IMG/VR virus record: IMGVR_UViG_3300030109_001381
Location: 3,843 to 67,842 of that record
Reading direction: 5' to 3' (one strand)
Source of the DNA: a virus
DNA length: 64,000 nt
Position numbers and translations under genes: made by a program. The notes under the pieces are model-generated. The model was not told the DNA's origin and did no database searches. It saw only the letters and a list, made by a program, of their open reading frames with translations. Below are positions 10,401 through 20,800 of this stretch, one piece after another (the first letter of the stretch is position 1; each line of letters opens with the position of its first letter).

Positions 10401-10443
10401 CTATAGTGACATTTTATTCTATTATACATTTGGTGAGGTCTAA
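7423..10443 (+). CDS. Tail/baseplate protein with an interrupted LamG-like domain and internal repeats
   Basis: 1006 aa, G/S/T/N-rich. LamG-like halves 'FAIEAIITP' and 'LYLNNNLV...RIGRG...FFGEVFEI' flank 3-4 repeats of 'DGTSKKY...TA.NL..AI...NGHNG.I.A'. Confidence 0.6.
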   Translation: MMVNAYVGESYKLVFPILSRGYLNIDFDAHTTGAVESTGVLVVGAVGSGSTKTLTVDTVDATTKFSVNDDVFDDTGALLGTIASLTATQIVLDENTQAALGDNENLKKHVIPTSESRKRSIWASSSKDGGHDGSFAIEAIITPYDVNGHGSIASGVHGVLDSTKTPPYPSDDYGNREANYHSVSILKETNYLTQKMMIFYNEKLKLYLQNTTLSSYNQPAEYKIVAEIKDSLGATHTFATDTVISASNTLHDYYDETAYYIKNTTNRKRVSASASGSSPQGTVTITSTSLPSNVGSVGQIVIGGSTPAHYVSPVAANCIFTIGTGNDIPRNTNPTYATGQVKVLQLINVGQGDSGQPRADDFLEVKKSDGTSYKFFQFIQNGSRTSGTSLAGTQDGQGTDYPVNSYMFLDINGVGLGAGNTTTAAASLVTALTAARSAGLDIAVPTSSGNTVTIVSAASTPTTHNNDAIALGGGNFVTANSGAYGVDGFGSGNGTGSMTSGVDVVEDNEFLTIVSTDGTSKKYRATSDPAHSTGDTLTDSGGNACVLYKLGANAGQTAVALKTAINGSSGHNGKITATSQSANRTVTMVQATVGAAGNKTNSRTSGITNTHVTIANFTGGITENLASSTPFITLVDNAGTAVTKKYVPVSNGDTLANGTTQTIGDVTGAVAFQVGANATATASNLETAIEHANGHNGSISASNSSGTLTLTQGTAGSNGNKTITLTNTSNITKTDFANGATPDSYIQLKDHAGVIRKYKAATTEANNSSDGTYVFFRNGADTTESATNLKNAINHSNGHGSSVIATSSNNVVTYKLNNPSLAQATISLVSLSSGIALSSPTFSTSTKEISVSSGETDEIGKGNKIYSATNVEIGTVDTVSGTTITLVNDPAVDVTSTIYTSQSKEAFYLEQPMKISLIYQKHGNVSLYLNNNLVKKSTHTIGAFTLDQSDCRIGRGGDNTSSGDDEQFFGEVFEISMHRGNRPCATINTLSPGYSDILFYYTFGEV

Positions 10444-13400
10444 TGGCTACTATTTATCCTATGTCTGCTGGTAAATCTTTACCGGGTTCTAGTAATTCAT
10501 ATTCTGATAGAAACTCTTCTACATTGAGAGGAGTAGCATACAAGGAAGTTTCTGTTAATCCTCTATTGAAATCAACAGACATAATAGCAGAAAACGCTAC
10601 GTCTTCAAATGCTTGGGTAGCATCTGCTAATTTCTTTGAGGTAAGAACAGATGCACATCACACATCAATAGCAAATGATGCGGCAGATAAAATAGGAAAT
10701 AGAATTCTCCCAAAGAATACTACGCTTACTTCTTACTGCATAAATAGAAATGAGACATCGGCTCAAAAAGTAAAACTGTATGATAGTGAGATTAGTTCTT
10801 CCGAAACAAATAGATTATTCACTTATCACCCATCATCTGATTATCCTTCTTCTGATGAAGTCGGACTTGATGTAGATGATTATGATTACTTTATCTTATT
10901 GAATCCCGAAATTGTAACTGCTGGAAACGATACAATTAGACCGCACTTTGCCAAAATTACTAGAATTGTAGCGTTTGACCAATTTGGTGATGGTCTTGAG
11001 TTTACCCCTAGTTATCCAACTGCGGTTCCTAAGAACACCAAGGTAGAAATTTTCAAGGGACCAGCCAAGACAGATACAAATGTCGTAGCAGTAAGTTATG
11101 GTCTTCGTGGTGACGACCAAAGTAGTTCTCCTAAATATGATACAGAACATGTATTGTCTAGGCCAACTACCTACTTCTACAAGGATAGATTGGATGTTGA
11201 TGGTCAATTAGATTATGGCATGAAATATACCCTAACCAATCTTAGATGGTGGAGTGCAACTGCAACTCTAAATATAGATGAAGCAGATATACATGCTCAA
11301 TGGGCAGCAGGTGCAGCGAATAAGGAATTTACCGTTGTCCATTCAACAGACAATGACAAAATAGAATTAGGCCAATCTATCTTTGACCACAATGATAACT
11401 ATCTTGGTAATGTAGAATCCAAACCAACTACAACGACCTTTCGTCTAGACTATGCTAGAGTGGCAATAAATGCAGATGCGGTAAATAGAACATACAAGAT
11501 TGGAAAGTCCATACGCAATGTTGTCTTTACGACAGAAACTAAATTTGGTGCAACTATAACAAACTTAACTGAGACTAGATTAGATGCTACGTTAGTTGAT
11601 TTGAATAAAAATGTAGATGAAGACACAGGCACTTCCTTCAATTGTTCTAGATGGCAGAATGCTTTTTCTAACTATTATAGAAATAATCTAAATCACATAG
11701 GAGCAACTAATACTGCATACAATGATGGGAATCTAACGGGGCCACAACTATACATCACATTTGAAAAGGCACAATATAAGAATGATAAAATTCCACAAGT
11801 TCAAGGAGTGACACTAAATAATCCTAGAAATAAAATTAGTAAATTAGCAAGAGTCACATCATTAGATACAAGTGGTTTGCAACATCTAAAGATTAAAGAA
11901 GATACGAAATTACTACTCAGTAACACTATTTATAATGACAGTTTCAAGAAAATAACAGTAGTAGGGAATGTAAGTAGAGATTCTTCCACGACTAATCTTT
12001 TCACGTTAACTGACATTTCAAAGGAAACAGATTTACGGCACAACTTAACTACAAATTCAATTGTTGAAATAGATGGATATTATTATGTCATAAATACAGT
12101 AAGTGCGCCATCAGGTGGTAATCAACAGTTTACAATTAAAAATAAGAAACTAATAGATGCTAATACTTGGGATGGAAATACTGTTGCTCCTTTAGTAGAT
12201 AAGAAGACACTATATTTAATGCACTTTAGCAATGGGGGAATAAACCTCAATTTGAAAATAGATACTGAATATGAGTATAGCACTAATAGAATGACAATGA
12301 ATGGACATAGAATAGAAAAAGAAGATACTAGATTAAATGGAGCAAGATTAGTAATTGGTGAATTTAATTCTGTAAAGAATACTGTAGACTATGGAGAGAA
12401 GGATAATAAATTTTTGAAGATGCAAGCACCAAACCAAATCTTCTACCAAACTAGCACAGGACATATTAGCAAATTCCATTACTTTGGTGGAGCATATGCC
12501 ATAAGTGACATTGTTTTCGATGGACAGGTTGAAGATGTAACAAGTGAATCCAATGGAGGAATGACCACTTACAAAATTGTTGGGCGTGACCAAACCGCAA
12601 AACTGCTTTCAAATTCCATCAACAAATCTCTAGTTCATACTGATGATATTGTCTCTACTGCCTTGCCTCCTGTTTTGGACATGACTGATTTGTTGGCTAA
12701 CGGTGGGTCAAATGCAGTTGCCGTTGCTACGACTTCTAACTCAATCACATGGACTGGAACCCTAAACATACAACCTAAGCGACATGGACTTATTTTCAAT
12801 CAAGACAATAAGTTAGTGGGAGAAGTAAAATCAACTTCAGGAAATACAACAGGTGACGGTGGGTCAAATGCTAGTGCTATTGTCTTGTTCGATAATGCAT
12901 ATGTATCTGCTTCTATATCCTCTTCCAATCAAGCATTGAAGTATTATTATCCATATAGTCTGACCGATAGTGATTCTACCTATGTGAATAGAATAGCAGG
13001 TATGAAGGCTATGGCTAGTAATCCTTTACATTCTGATGGCTTAACTGGATATACTGGTATAGTTGAGAAAGGATTGTTGTTTGATACTGGCTATAACATT
13101 ACATTTGATGGTAGTCATTCTTCTCCTACCTATACTAATGTCAAAATAGTTGGGACTTCTAATCTAACAGTTTACGATTCTTGGATGCCATCTTTTCCTG
13201 TAACTAAAACTCTAGGTTATGACATTGCATCTTCTAGAGGTACTCAATTAAACGATGGGACTGATGGCGTAGATTCTGAATACCTATTCAAGTTAAGCAA
13301 TGAAAATGGAGCAACATTAGAAGAGAAGAAAAAGATGCTTCTAAATTCAGAAGTAATGGATGTTATCAGTATAAGTGAGAAGGAAGAAAGTAAACCGACT

Positions 13401-16400
13401 ATCAAAGTAGCACCAAGATTCCCTGTAGTCTTAGGTAGAGTAAATACTAATACATCTGATTCTAGAGGAAATTGCAATTTCTATTTCGTAAATAATAATA
13501 TTAACACAGGAGGATTTATTCATAGATTGGACAACAGTAAGAAAAAAGCAGGTGCTTTCCATTCTCCTTCTGAAACTTTCAGATATTGGGATTTGCAGAA
13601 ATTTGAAGGAGGAACCATTTCAAAGTCATTTAACAGTATATACAATGATGGTCGGAAAGCCCAGCAGATACAAGGATATGCAGTAGGATATTCCATAACA
13701 CCGGACGGCAAGGCTACTGCCAGTTCTCCAACTGATACTCCGAATAACAGACCAATAAATGGAAGTAATACACTAAAGGGTTGGACATACTTAGATACTT
13801 TTTATGGTCCCGATGCAGATGATTTGATTCTATCATATACTGCTCTTGATGGGGGGAATGGAGAAGTTGATATTCAATATGATGCACTTGAACAAATAGA
13901 CCCAAGAACAGATGGATATGAATTATTGGCCGTTGGTGACCTATTTCCTGACTCAAAACTAAGACATAATCACCAAGGAAGTTCTCTACATTCGGTTCAG
14001 TATCGTGACTTAGGAATAATACTAGAAAATGAAGCATCTAAGACTTCCACTACAAGTCACCAAGAATACATTGGCGTAACTGACCAAACGCTACTAACTG
14101 AGAGTAACTTTGAAGTCAATGATATTGACTATGCATTTGGCCACACTCCTAGAAGCACAAGACGCTATGGAATCATACGTTTAGTAGAGGCAACTTTTGA
14201 TTGGCATTTTAACCCCGTTAAGTTAGAAGACTTGAAAGAAGTGGATGATATTCCACTAGTTCCATATTTTGATTATGTAATGTTCAATGACCCTACAGTT
14301 TTAACTTCAACAGAAACCATTACACTAACTGGAACAAGTGATGTAAATGTCACAGGAAACACAGTAACCGAAACCGATGGAGATATGTTTTACTCCAAGG
14401 ATATGTTAGGACTCAATCCTTCCAGTTCATTGAGCAGATTAGGTAGTGCAGGTGCTTCTAATGGATATATAGCAACTAAGAAAAGTGCGGCGTGGGGTAG
14501 TGCTGATTCAGGTAATAGTGTTTATCGAACTGATGGAGTAAATACATTTGACGATTTAATGAGACTAGATGGGAAGGAGGATAGCGGTACGATACATCTC
14601 TACGGAACTGTTCCATTCAAACTCTATAGAACTGCGGCACATAGCATTGATGGAGTCAATACGAGAACCGCTAATTACAAACCGGAAAGAATGGATGGTA
14701 CAAAGGATATTCGATTCACAAACGTTTGGTTGACTAGAGAGCGAACTCACACAACTAAATTTGAATTTGGTAATTTGTCAAAGAGTGGTAATGCATATGA
14801 TGCTCCAAATGTTATTCTCCCATTAATTTCCCAAGAGAGAGATTTGGAGTATGGTGGAGGTAGTGCTAACGCAGATATTGATAGAACGTGTTCCCTGTAT
14901 CACCCTCCTAGCAGATGGCTTGGATACAATGTAGATTACAATGTCTCTTATCTTCACATGTCAAGAGTCATCAATGCGCTACAAGAATTAGTTAGAGGGG
15001 ATGCAGATACCAATCTAACAGGTTCTCTCAAACCAAAATACGGTCTAGGAATAAGTAGTGGTTACTCAGGAGATTTTGGTCATCCATATGATGGATGCCT
15101 TGGTGTCTTCAAGAATCTAAAACTAGGAATGACAGAAACCGATGAGTCAGAATTATTCAAACTCCCGACTACCATGACTTCAACTCATAGCCATACGAGT
15201 GCGCCACTTTCACTAGATAGTGGCTACTCGACATACATCGACAGTTTAGGAACTGAAGCGACTACTGACCAACATACTAGAACAACGATGATACAACCCT
15301 ATTCCGGTGATGTCAGGGTTGCAATGGGTGGAACTAGAACAGACGCAAAATTGCTAGAAGGACTGGAAGATTATGCAGTATCAACAAATAAAACTGAAAC
15401 TCATCAAGAGTTAAACAATGCCCAAAAGGAAGGATTGGTTGCTTCTGCGCAAATGCTACTAAAGCCTATATTTGACTTAAACAACGTTGACTCATCATCA
15501 TATACTTCAACCACAAATCACACCACTCTTGTCTTTAATTTAGACCAAGGCTCTAAACACATTTGGCTAAGTTTCTTGCCAAATTTAACTAACTATTACC
15601 TAGTATCTGAAAAGGGAACACAAGCAGACTCAAGTGCTAATTTCAATAGTGCTAATGATGTGAATCTACGAAATAGCAAAAACCCAATCATACCATCAAA
15701 CATCGTCAAAATTATTTCCCATACTGTTTCTCAAGCCCCAACAACTTCTGCCTTTGAACAACACACCATTGTAGTAGACGGGCAAATGCTTTCTGCAAGT
15801 GGATGTCCATTTTACAGATTGATGAAGATAGATGAAGTCACATTTAATGAACATAGGGACTACATAGAATTCAATGTAATGAAACCAGTAAAACGCGCAG
15901 TCAATTTCAAGACCGGCGAATCGGATGGAGATACTGATTTCCACTATCAAGAATCTGCTTATCAGATGCATCTTCTTCTAGATATTGATTCTACTATTAC
16001 TGCTGACACAGACAACTCGTTAGAGAGAAGAGTTGCTAGTCAGACCATAATTGGATTTACACACGGAGAAAGATTAGAAATGAATTTTACTGATGGTGAA
16101 AACTCTACTACTAAGATGGTCACAGTTTCTATTAAACGACCAGTATTAGGTGACCCTTCAGCAGGGTTTGTCACTAGTCCTACTGTTGCTACTGAATCAT
16201 CATTGACCTTAAAATTCGGTGGTACGTTAAATGGGAATGGAGTAGTCTCATGTGCAGAAGTAATAGAAATGCGACTAGGCAGACAAAGCAAACTACAGAG
16301 GCCGACTACATGCCATATCGGAACAACATACACTATTGGCGCACAGGTCAAAAGAGAAGTTGAAAACATTGTTCGCACAGTAGGATTAGACTATGATGCC

Positions 16401-17477
16401 ACAAAGAGTTTCGTTACACCCACCGGAAACATCGTAGCAAGTAGCACCTCCACAAGTGTAACCTGCCAAAGCAATGTCCAAGGAATATCTAATGATGATA
16501 TTCTTTACACCCATACTGGCCATCTACTTGGAAAGGTTACTAATGTTTCTAACGCAGTAATCACTCTAGCGAAGAGATACTATACCCCTTCTCAGTATGA
16601 TGAGATAGTATTTTGGGATAATGATACATTTGTTTCGGCCCTTAAGTTTGATAATACCAACGTGTATTCTACATTGAATGCATTATTGGTTAAGAAGGGA
16701 ATGGATTATGATGTTAAGAATGGAAAGGTGACAGTTAGAGATATAGAAGATACCAAGCATCTTCGTGTGGCTTCTCTAAGTTATGCTGAATCTGATAAAC
16801 TACTTTCAGTATCGACCAATACATCATTATTCGATAAAGCAAATCGCATTGTTCTGATTGGAGATAGAGTAACCCACACAGTAGAAAGGCCCACTAAAGG
16901 AGAGACTAGAGAAGTAAGGGTAGTTGATTCTACAATCAAAACAAAGACCGAAGCAGAAACTAGGGCGAATGAACTACTAATGCTACATAGTGATGATTTG
17001 AGAAAGATTAGCATTAACATACAAAAAGAAGGATTGGAATTGATTGAAGCCGGAGATTTACTGAGACTGAAATTCCCCAACCACAATATTCCTGCCAATG
17101 ATTACATTGTGTTTGAAATAGAAAACGTCCTTGCTGGTACTTTGCAAATGACTGTTGGAACCTTTGACAAAACTATTGCCGAAAGACTTTCTGAAATAAA
17201 TATGTCACAAGGAGATGTTAGCACTAGCCTGTTCAAAAGAAATACTGTAGAAGTATCGGGTGGTACATTCGTTTTCGATGATATGAATATTAATGTTGTA
17301 GGTGTTTCGTATGAGATAGTGGGGTCATCAAATGTATTATCATATAACTCAAACATGGGTTTTGATGATTTAGTTGGCTTCACAGAAGAAGTTGGGTTTG
17401 AGCATAGTCTAGTGACTAAGAAGAGTTACGGCAGTAAGTTCTTTGAGCAAGATGAATACGGAGGATTAAGACAATGA
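10443..17477 (+). CDS. Large tail tip/baseplate hub protein
   Basis: 2344 aa. Hub-like segments 'VFDGQVEDVT...YKIVGRD' and 'ANRIVLIG...DSTIKTKTEAETRANELL...GDLLRL' are separated by long beta-rich inserts. Confidence 0.6.
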   Translation: MATIYPMSAGKSLPGSSNSYSDRNSSTLRGVAYKEVSVNPLLKSTDIIAENATSSNAWVASANFFEVRTDAHHTSIANDAADKIGNRILPKNTTLTSYCINRNETSAQKVKLYDSEISSSETNRLFTYHPSSDYPSSDEVGLDVDDYDYFILLNPEIVTAGNDTIRPHFAKITRIVAFDQFGDGLEFTPSYPTAVPKNTKVEIFKGPAKTDTNVVAVSYGLRGDDQSSSPKYDTEHVLSRPTTYFYKDRLDVDGQLDYGMKYTLTNLRWWSATATLNIDEADIHAQWAAGAANKEFTVVHSTDNDKIELGQSIFDHNDNYLGNVESKPTTTTFRLDYARVAINADAVNRTYKIGKSIRNVVFTTETKFGATITNLTETRLDATLVDLNKNVDEDTGTSFNCSRWQNAFSNYYRNNLNHIGATNTAYNDGNLTGPQLYITFEKAQYKNDKIPQVQGVTLNNPRNKISKLARVTSLDTSGLQHLKIKEDTKLLLSNTIYNDSFKKITVVGNVSRDSSTTNLFTLTDISKETDLRHNLTTNSIVEIDGYYYVINTVSAPSGGNQQFTIKNKKLIDANTWDGNTVAPLVDKKTLYLMHFSNGGINLNLKIDTEYEYSTNRMTMNGHRIEKEDTRLNGARLVIGEFNSVKNTVDYGEKDNKFLKMQAPNQIFYQTSTGHISKFHYFGGAYAISDIVFDGQVEDVTSESNGGMTTYKIVGRDQTAKLLSNSINKSLVHTDDIVSTALPPVLDMTDLLANGGSNAVAVATTSNSITWTGTLNIQPKRHGLIFNQDNKLVGEVKSTSGNTTGDGGSNASAIVLFDNAYVSASISSSNQALKYYYPYSLTDSDSTYVNRIAGMKAMASNPLHSDGLTGYTGIVEKGLLFDTGYNITFDGSHSSPTYTNVKIVGTSNLTVYDSWMPSFPVTKTLGYDIASSRGTQLNDGTDGVDSEYLFKLSNENGATLEEKKKMLLNSEVMDVISISEKEESKPTIKVAPRFPVVLGRVNTNTSDSRGNCNFYFVNNNINTGGFIHRLDNSKKKAGAFHSPSETFRYWDLQKFEGGTISKSFNSIYNDGRKAQQIQGYAVGYSITPDGKATASSPTDTPNNRPINGSNTLKGWTYLDTFYGPDADDLILSYTALDGGNGEVDIQYDALEQIDPRTDGYELLAVGDLFPDSKLRHNHQGSSLHSVQYRDLGIILENEASKTSTTSHQEYIGVTDQTLLTESNFEVNDIDYAFGHTPRSTRRYGIIRLVEATFDWHFNPVKLEDLKEVDDIPLVPYFDYVMFNDPTVLTSTETITLTGTSDVNVTGNTVTETDGDMFYSKDMLGLNPSSSLSRLGSAGASNGYIATKKSAAWGSADSGNSVYRTDGVNTFDDLMRLDGKEDSGTIHLYGTVPFKLYRTAAHSIDGVNTRTANYKPERMDGTKDIRFTNVWLTRERTHTTKFEFGNLSKSGNAYDAPNVILPLISQERDLEYGGGSANADIDRTCSLYHPPSRWLGYNVDYNVSYLHMSRVINALQELVRGDADTNLTGSLKPKYGLGISSGYSGDFGHPYDGCLGVFKNLKLGMTETDESELFKLPTTMTSTHSHTSAPLSLDSGYSTYIDSLGTEATTDQHTRTTMIQPYSGDVRVAMGGTRTDAKLLEGLEDYAVSTNKTETHQELNNAQKEGLVASAQMLLKPIFDLNNVDSSSYTSTTNHTTLVFNLDQGSKHIWLSFLPNLTNYYLVSEKGTQADSSANFNSANDVNLRNSKNPIIPSNIVKIISHTVSQAPTTSAFEQHTIVVDGQMLSASGCPFYRLMKIDEVTFNEHRDYIEFNVMKPVKRAVNFKTGESDGDTDFHYQESAYQMHLLLDIDSTITADTDNSLERRVASQTIIGFTHGERLEMNFTDGENSTTKMVTVSIKRPVLGDPSAGFVTSPTVATESSLTLKFGGTLNGNGVVSCAEVIEMRLGRQSKLQRPTTCHIGTTYTIGAQVKREVENIVRTVGLDYDATKSFVTPTGNIVASSTSTSVTCQSNVQGISNDDILYTHTGHLLGKVTNVSNAVITLAKRYYTPSQYDEIVFWDNDTFVSALKFDNTNVYSTLNALLVKKGMDYDVKNGKVTVRDIEDTKHLRVASLSYAESDKLLSVSTNTSLFDKANRIVLIGDRVTHTVERPTKGETREVRVVDSTIKTKTEAETRANELLMLHSDDLRKISINIQKEGLELIEAGDLLRLKFPNHNIPANDYIVFEIENVLAGTLQMTVGTFDKTIAERLSEINMSQGDVSTSLFKRNTVEVSGGTFVFDDMNINVVGVSYEIVGSSNVLSYNSNMGFDDLVGFTEEVGFEHSLVTKKSYGSKFFEQDEYGGLRQ

Positions 17478-17806
17478 TAGTAAATACAGGTAAAGACGAT
17501 GTTGCGAGTAAAATTGCGGCGGCATATACAGTTGTGAAAGTGGGTAATGGTGGAGATGCTACGGCGGCTTCACAAGATGCCTTAGATGCATATGTAGCAC
17601 AGAAGAGCGTTACTCCCTCAAGAATAGGTTCACACTTAGTTTGGACTGTAGATTTCCTTGGTTCTGAATTGGGAAATCATGGAGTTTCGGAATTAGGTGT
17701 TTTCGACACTTCCGATACCCTCTTGAGCCGAGTCACCTTCACAAACACAGGGATAGTGGCGAATGCTGACACACTAACTTTGACTATTAGAATAGAGGTG
17801 GCATGA
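17474..17806 (+). CDS. Small baseplate/fibre-attachment protein
   Basis: 110 aa; 'MIVNTG...VGNGG...ELGVFD...LLSRVTF' resembles tail-fibre N-terminal/collar modules. Confidence 0.55.
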   Translation: MIVNTGKDDVASKIAAAYTVVKVGNGGDATAASQDALDAYVAQKSVTPSRIGSHLVWTVDFLGSELGNHGVSELGVFDTSDTLLSRVTFTNTGIVANADTLTLTIRIEVA

Positions 17807-20800
17807 TGACTAATTCAAATCCGGGGTTCCTATCTACACTATCTACCACTCCAAACACAAGAATAGTAGACGGAACGGATAATATCCATAGTGGCATAAT
17901 AAATGCGCTAAACGTAGGATTAGCAGATAATAGAGTCATAAGCGGTTTTGACATTGACCAATCAGATGGCGGCAGTTATACGACATATGGGGTTGATGCA
18001 GGTAAAATTATCAGAGATGGAATTCTAGTTTCTATTAGCGCAGTCTCCCTAACCACAACTGCGGCGGCAAGAGCAGGTAATGACTGGTATGCCGTGATTG
18101 TAGTTGATTCAGCAAATACAACTAAAATCAGAACAGGAGCATCAAGTTCCTCTACCGCAAAGGTATCTGCTTTGACCGCAGGGGATATCCCTGTAGCCAT
18201 TGTCAAATATCTAGCAGGTAGTGATAATGACGCAATAAATAGAAAGGTGCAATTTCTTGGTTATGCTCAAACTGCTAGAGGATTAAGTATCCTAAATAGT
18301 GGAAGTGAAACTGTTAGGATAAATGCGGCAGGGACAATTACAAAGGGAGGAGCCACTCTAACTCTACCTTCTTCAACAGGAACCATTGCTCTTACATCAG
18401 ACATACAATATCAGTCTGCAATACCTAATGCTACTTCTAGTCAGACAGGATTAGCCACGCAGACACAGATTACCAAATTAGATGGGATTGAAGCAAATGC
18501 AACTGCTGACCAAACCAAGTCAGATATCAATACGCTATACAGTTGGTCTTCTGACCCTGAAAGTGGTGCTACTGCTGACCAAACAGATGCAGAGATAGAA
18601 ACTGCATACAATGCTAGAGTAGCCCAAGTATCTTCAGCAGAAAGAACTGCTGGCAATTCTACTACTATCAAAAGATTCACACCTGCTGATATCAAGAGCA
18701 TGATTGACCAACATGAAACTGATACCAATACAGATACAGATGTTAGCATAGCCAATCTAAAGTCCCGGTTAAATTCAGATTTTGGCGGAGACTTCTCTAT
18801 CGGAACTCAAAGTGATGATACTGCTTCATTTGCAGGTCATTTAGTTGTAGGTGGGAATTTAACCATAAGTGGCTCTACTACTACAATTAATACCGAGACT
18901 GTATCTTTACAAGATAATATCATAATGCTGAATAGTAACTCAGCAAACACTCCAAGTGAAAATGCAGGGTTAGAAGTAGAACGAGGGAATTCAACTAACG
19001 TATTACTAAGATGGAACGAGGGAACTGATAGATGGGAATTCACTAATGATGGTGCAAATTATCATAACATCATTACACAAGCAGAAGCAGATGCAGGAAA
19101 ATATACGCATCCGAATTATGCTACAACTAACTTAGACACTTCCAATGCTGAGGTTGTATCTGAGATACAGACTAATGCTACTGGTCATATTACTGCAATG
19201 ACAAAAAGAACGATGACTCTTGGGCATCTAGGATTTACCGGGGCTACCGATGCCAACAAGTATGTTCATCCTAATCACTCAGGAGATGTAACATCAAGTG
19301 CCGATGGTGCGACTACTATTGCTAACAATGCAGTAACTACTGCTAAGATTGCAGATGATGCAATTACTTCTGCCAAAATAAACGATGGAGAAATAGTCAA
19401 TGCACATATCAATGGTAGTGCGGCAATTGCTCAAAGTAAAATTAGTGGATTGACTTCTGCCCTTTCAGGCAAAGAACCTAGTCTGACAATAAGTGATGGC
19501 CTAGATAGAACAGGTGCTACTATCAAGGTAGATATTGATGGACTAACTATTGAAAATGGAATGGATAGAAGTGCAGATTTCATTATGTATGATGATGCTA
19601 CTAATGGATTGAGAAGAATAAATCCAGCAAATCTATTCAGCAAGATAATTGCATCTGATATACCGGACATATCTTCGACTTACCGCGCAGTTGCTACCAA
19701 GTTAGTAAATGCAGATGTATCGAATAGTGCCGCCATTAGCGCAGATAAGATTGCAGATGGCTCTACTAACAAAGTATTTACCTCAACACTCAAAACCAAA
19801 CTTGATGGAATTGCCGCTAGTGCTACTGCTGGTGCTGACTGGAGTAGCAATGTTTCTAATATTTCTGTGACTAATGCACAACTTGCTGGAAGTATTGCTA
19901 ACGCTAAACTTGCTAATTCAGCAGTTACTATCAATGGAAGTGCAGTAAATCTTGGTGGGTCACTAACACTAACATCAGGAGATTTATCAGAAAACACAAA
20001 CCTCTACTATACAGATGAAAGAGTAGATGATAGAGTCAATGCTCTAATTACAGATGGAGAAGGAATAACTACAACCTACGATGATTCTGCTGGAACACTC
20101 ACTATAGCAGGTGAAGATGCTACTACAAGCAATAAGGGAATTGCCAAATTCGATACAGATGATTTTACCATCAGTTCCGGTAATGTGATGATTAAGTCTG
20201 CTGGTGTTTCTAACTCACAATTGCAAGGAGCAATTGCACAAAGCAAGATAACTAACCTAGTTTCTAATTTAGCGGCAAAGGTTGAGAGCCTATCTGACCT
20301 AAGCATTACTGCTTCTGCGGCTGAGATAAACATCTTAGATGGGGTTAGTGGGGTAAGTGCAACTGAGATAGGATACCTAGATGGAGTAACATCATCCATA
20401 CAAACTCAACTAAACAGTAAGTTGTCTTCGGTTTCAGTATCGGACTTAACAGGAATTGGTTCTCTAGATACGGCTCTAAATAGTGTTAGTGCTTCACACG
20501 ATACTTTGGCTTCTGCTAAGTCCATTAAGGATTATGTCGATTCAAAGGCAAGTGTGCAACTAGAATACACAATGGAAGTAGAAGGTACAGATGACACTAA
20601 CACACATCTTTTGAAAATTATTGACCAAAACACTAACTTTTCTGATGTAAACTTTAGTGGCTCATTAGGAATTAGTATAGGTGTCAATGAAGGTTCTGAT
20701 ACCTTAACTTTCTCAAGCAATGCTTGGCCTAAGAACATCCTTAGTTCTTCTTTCAATCAAGGTCTTCTAACTTTGAATACTAGGGATGGCAACACCATAA

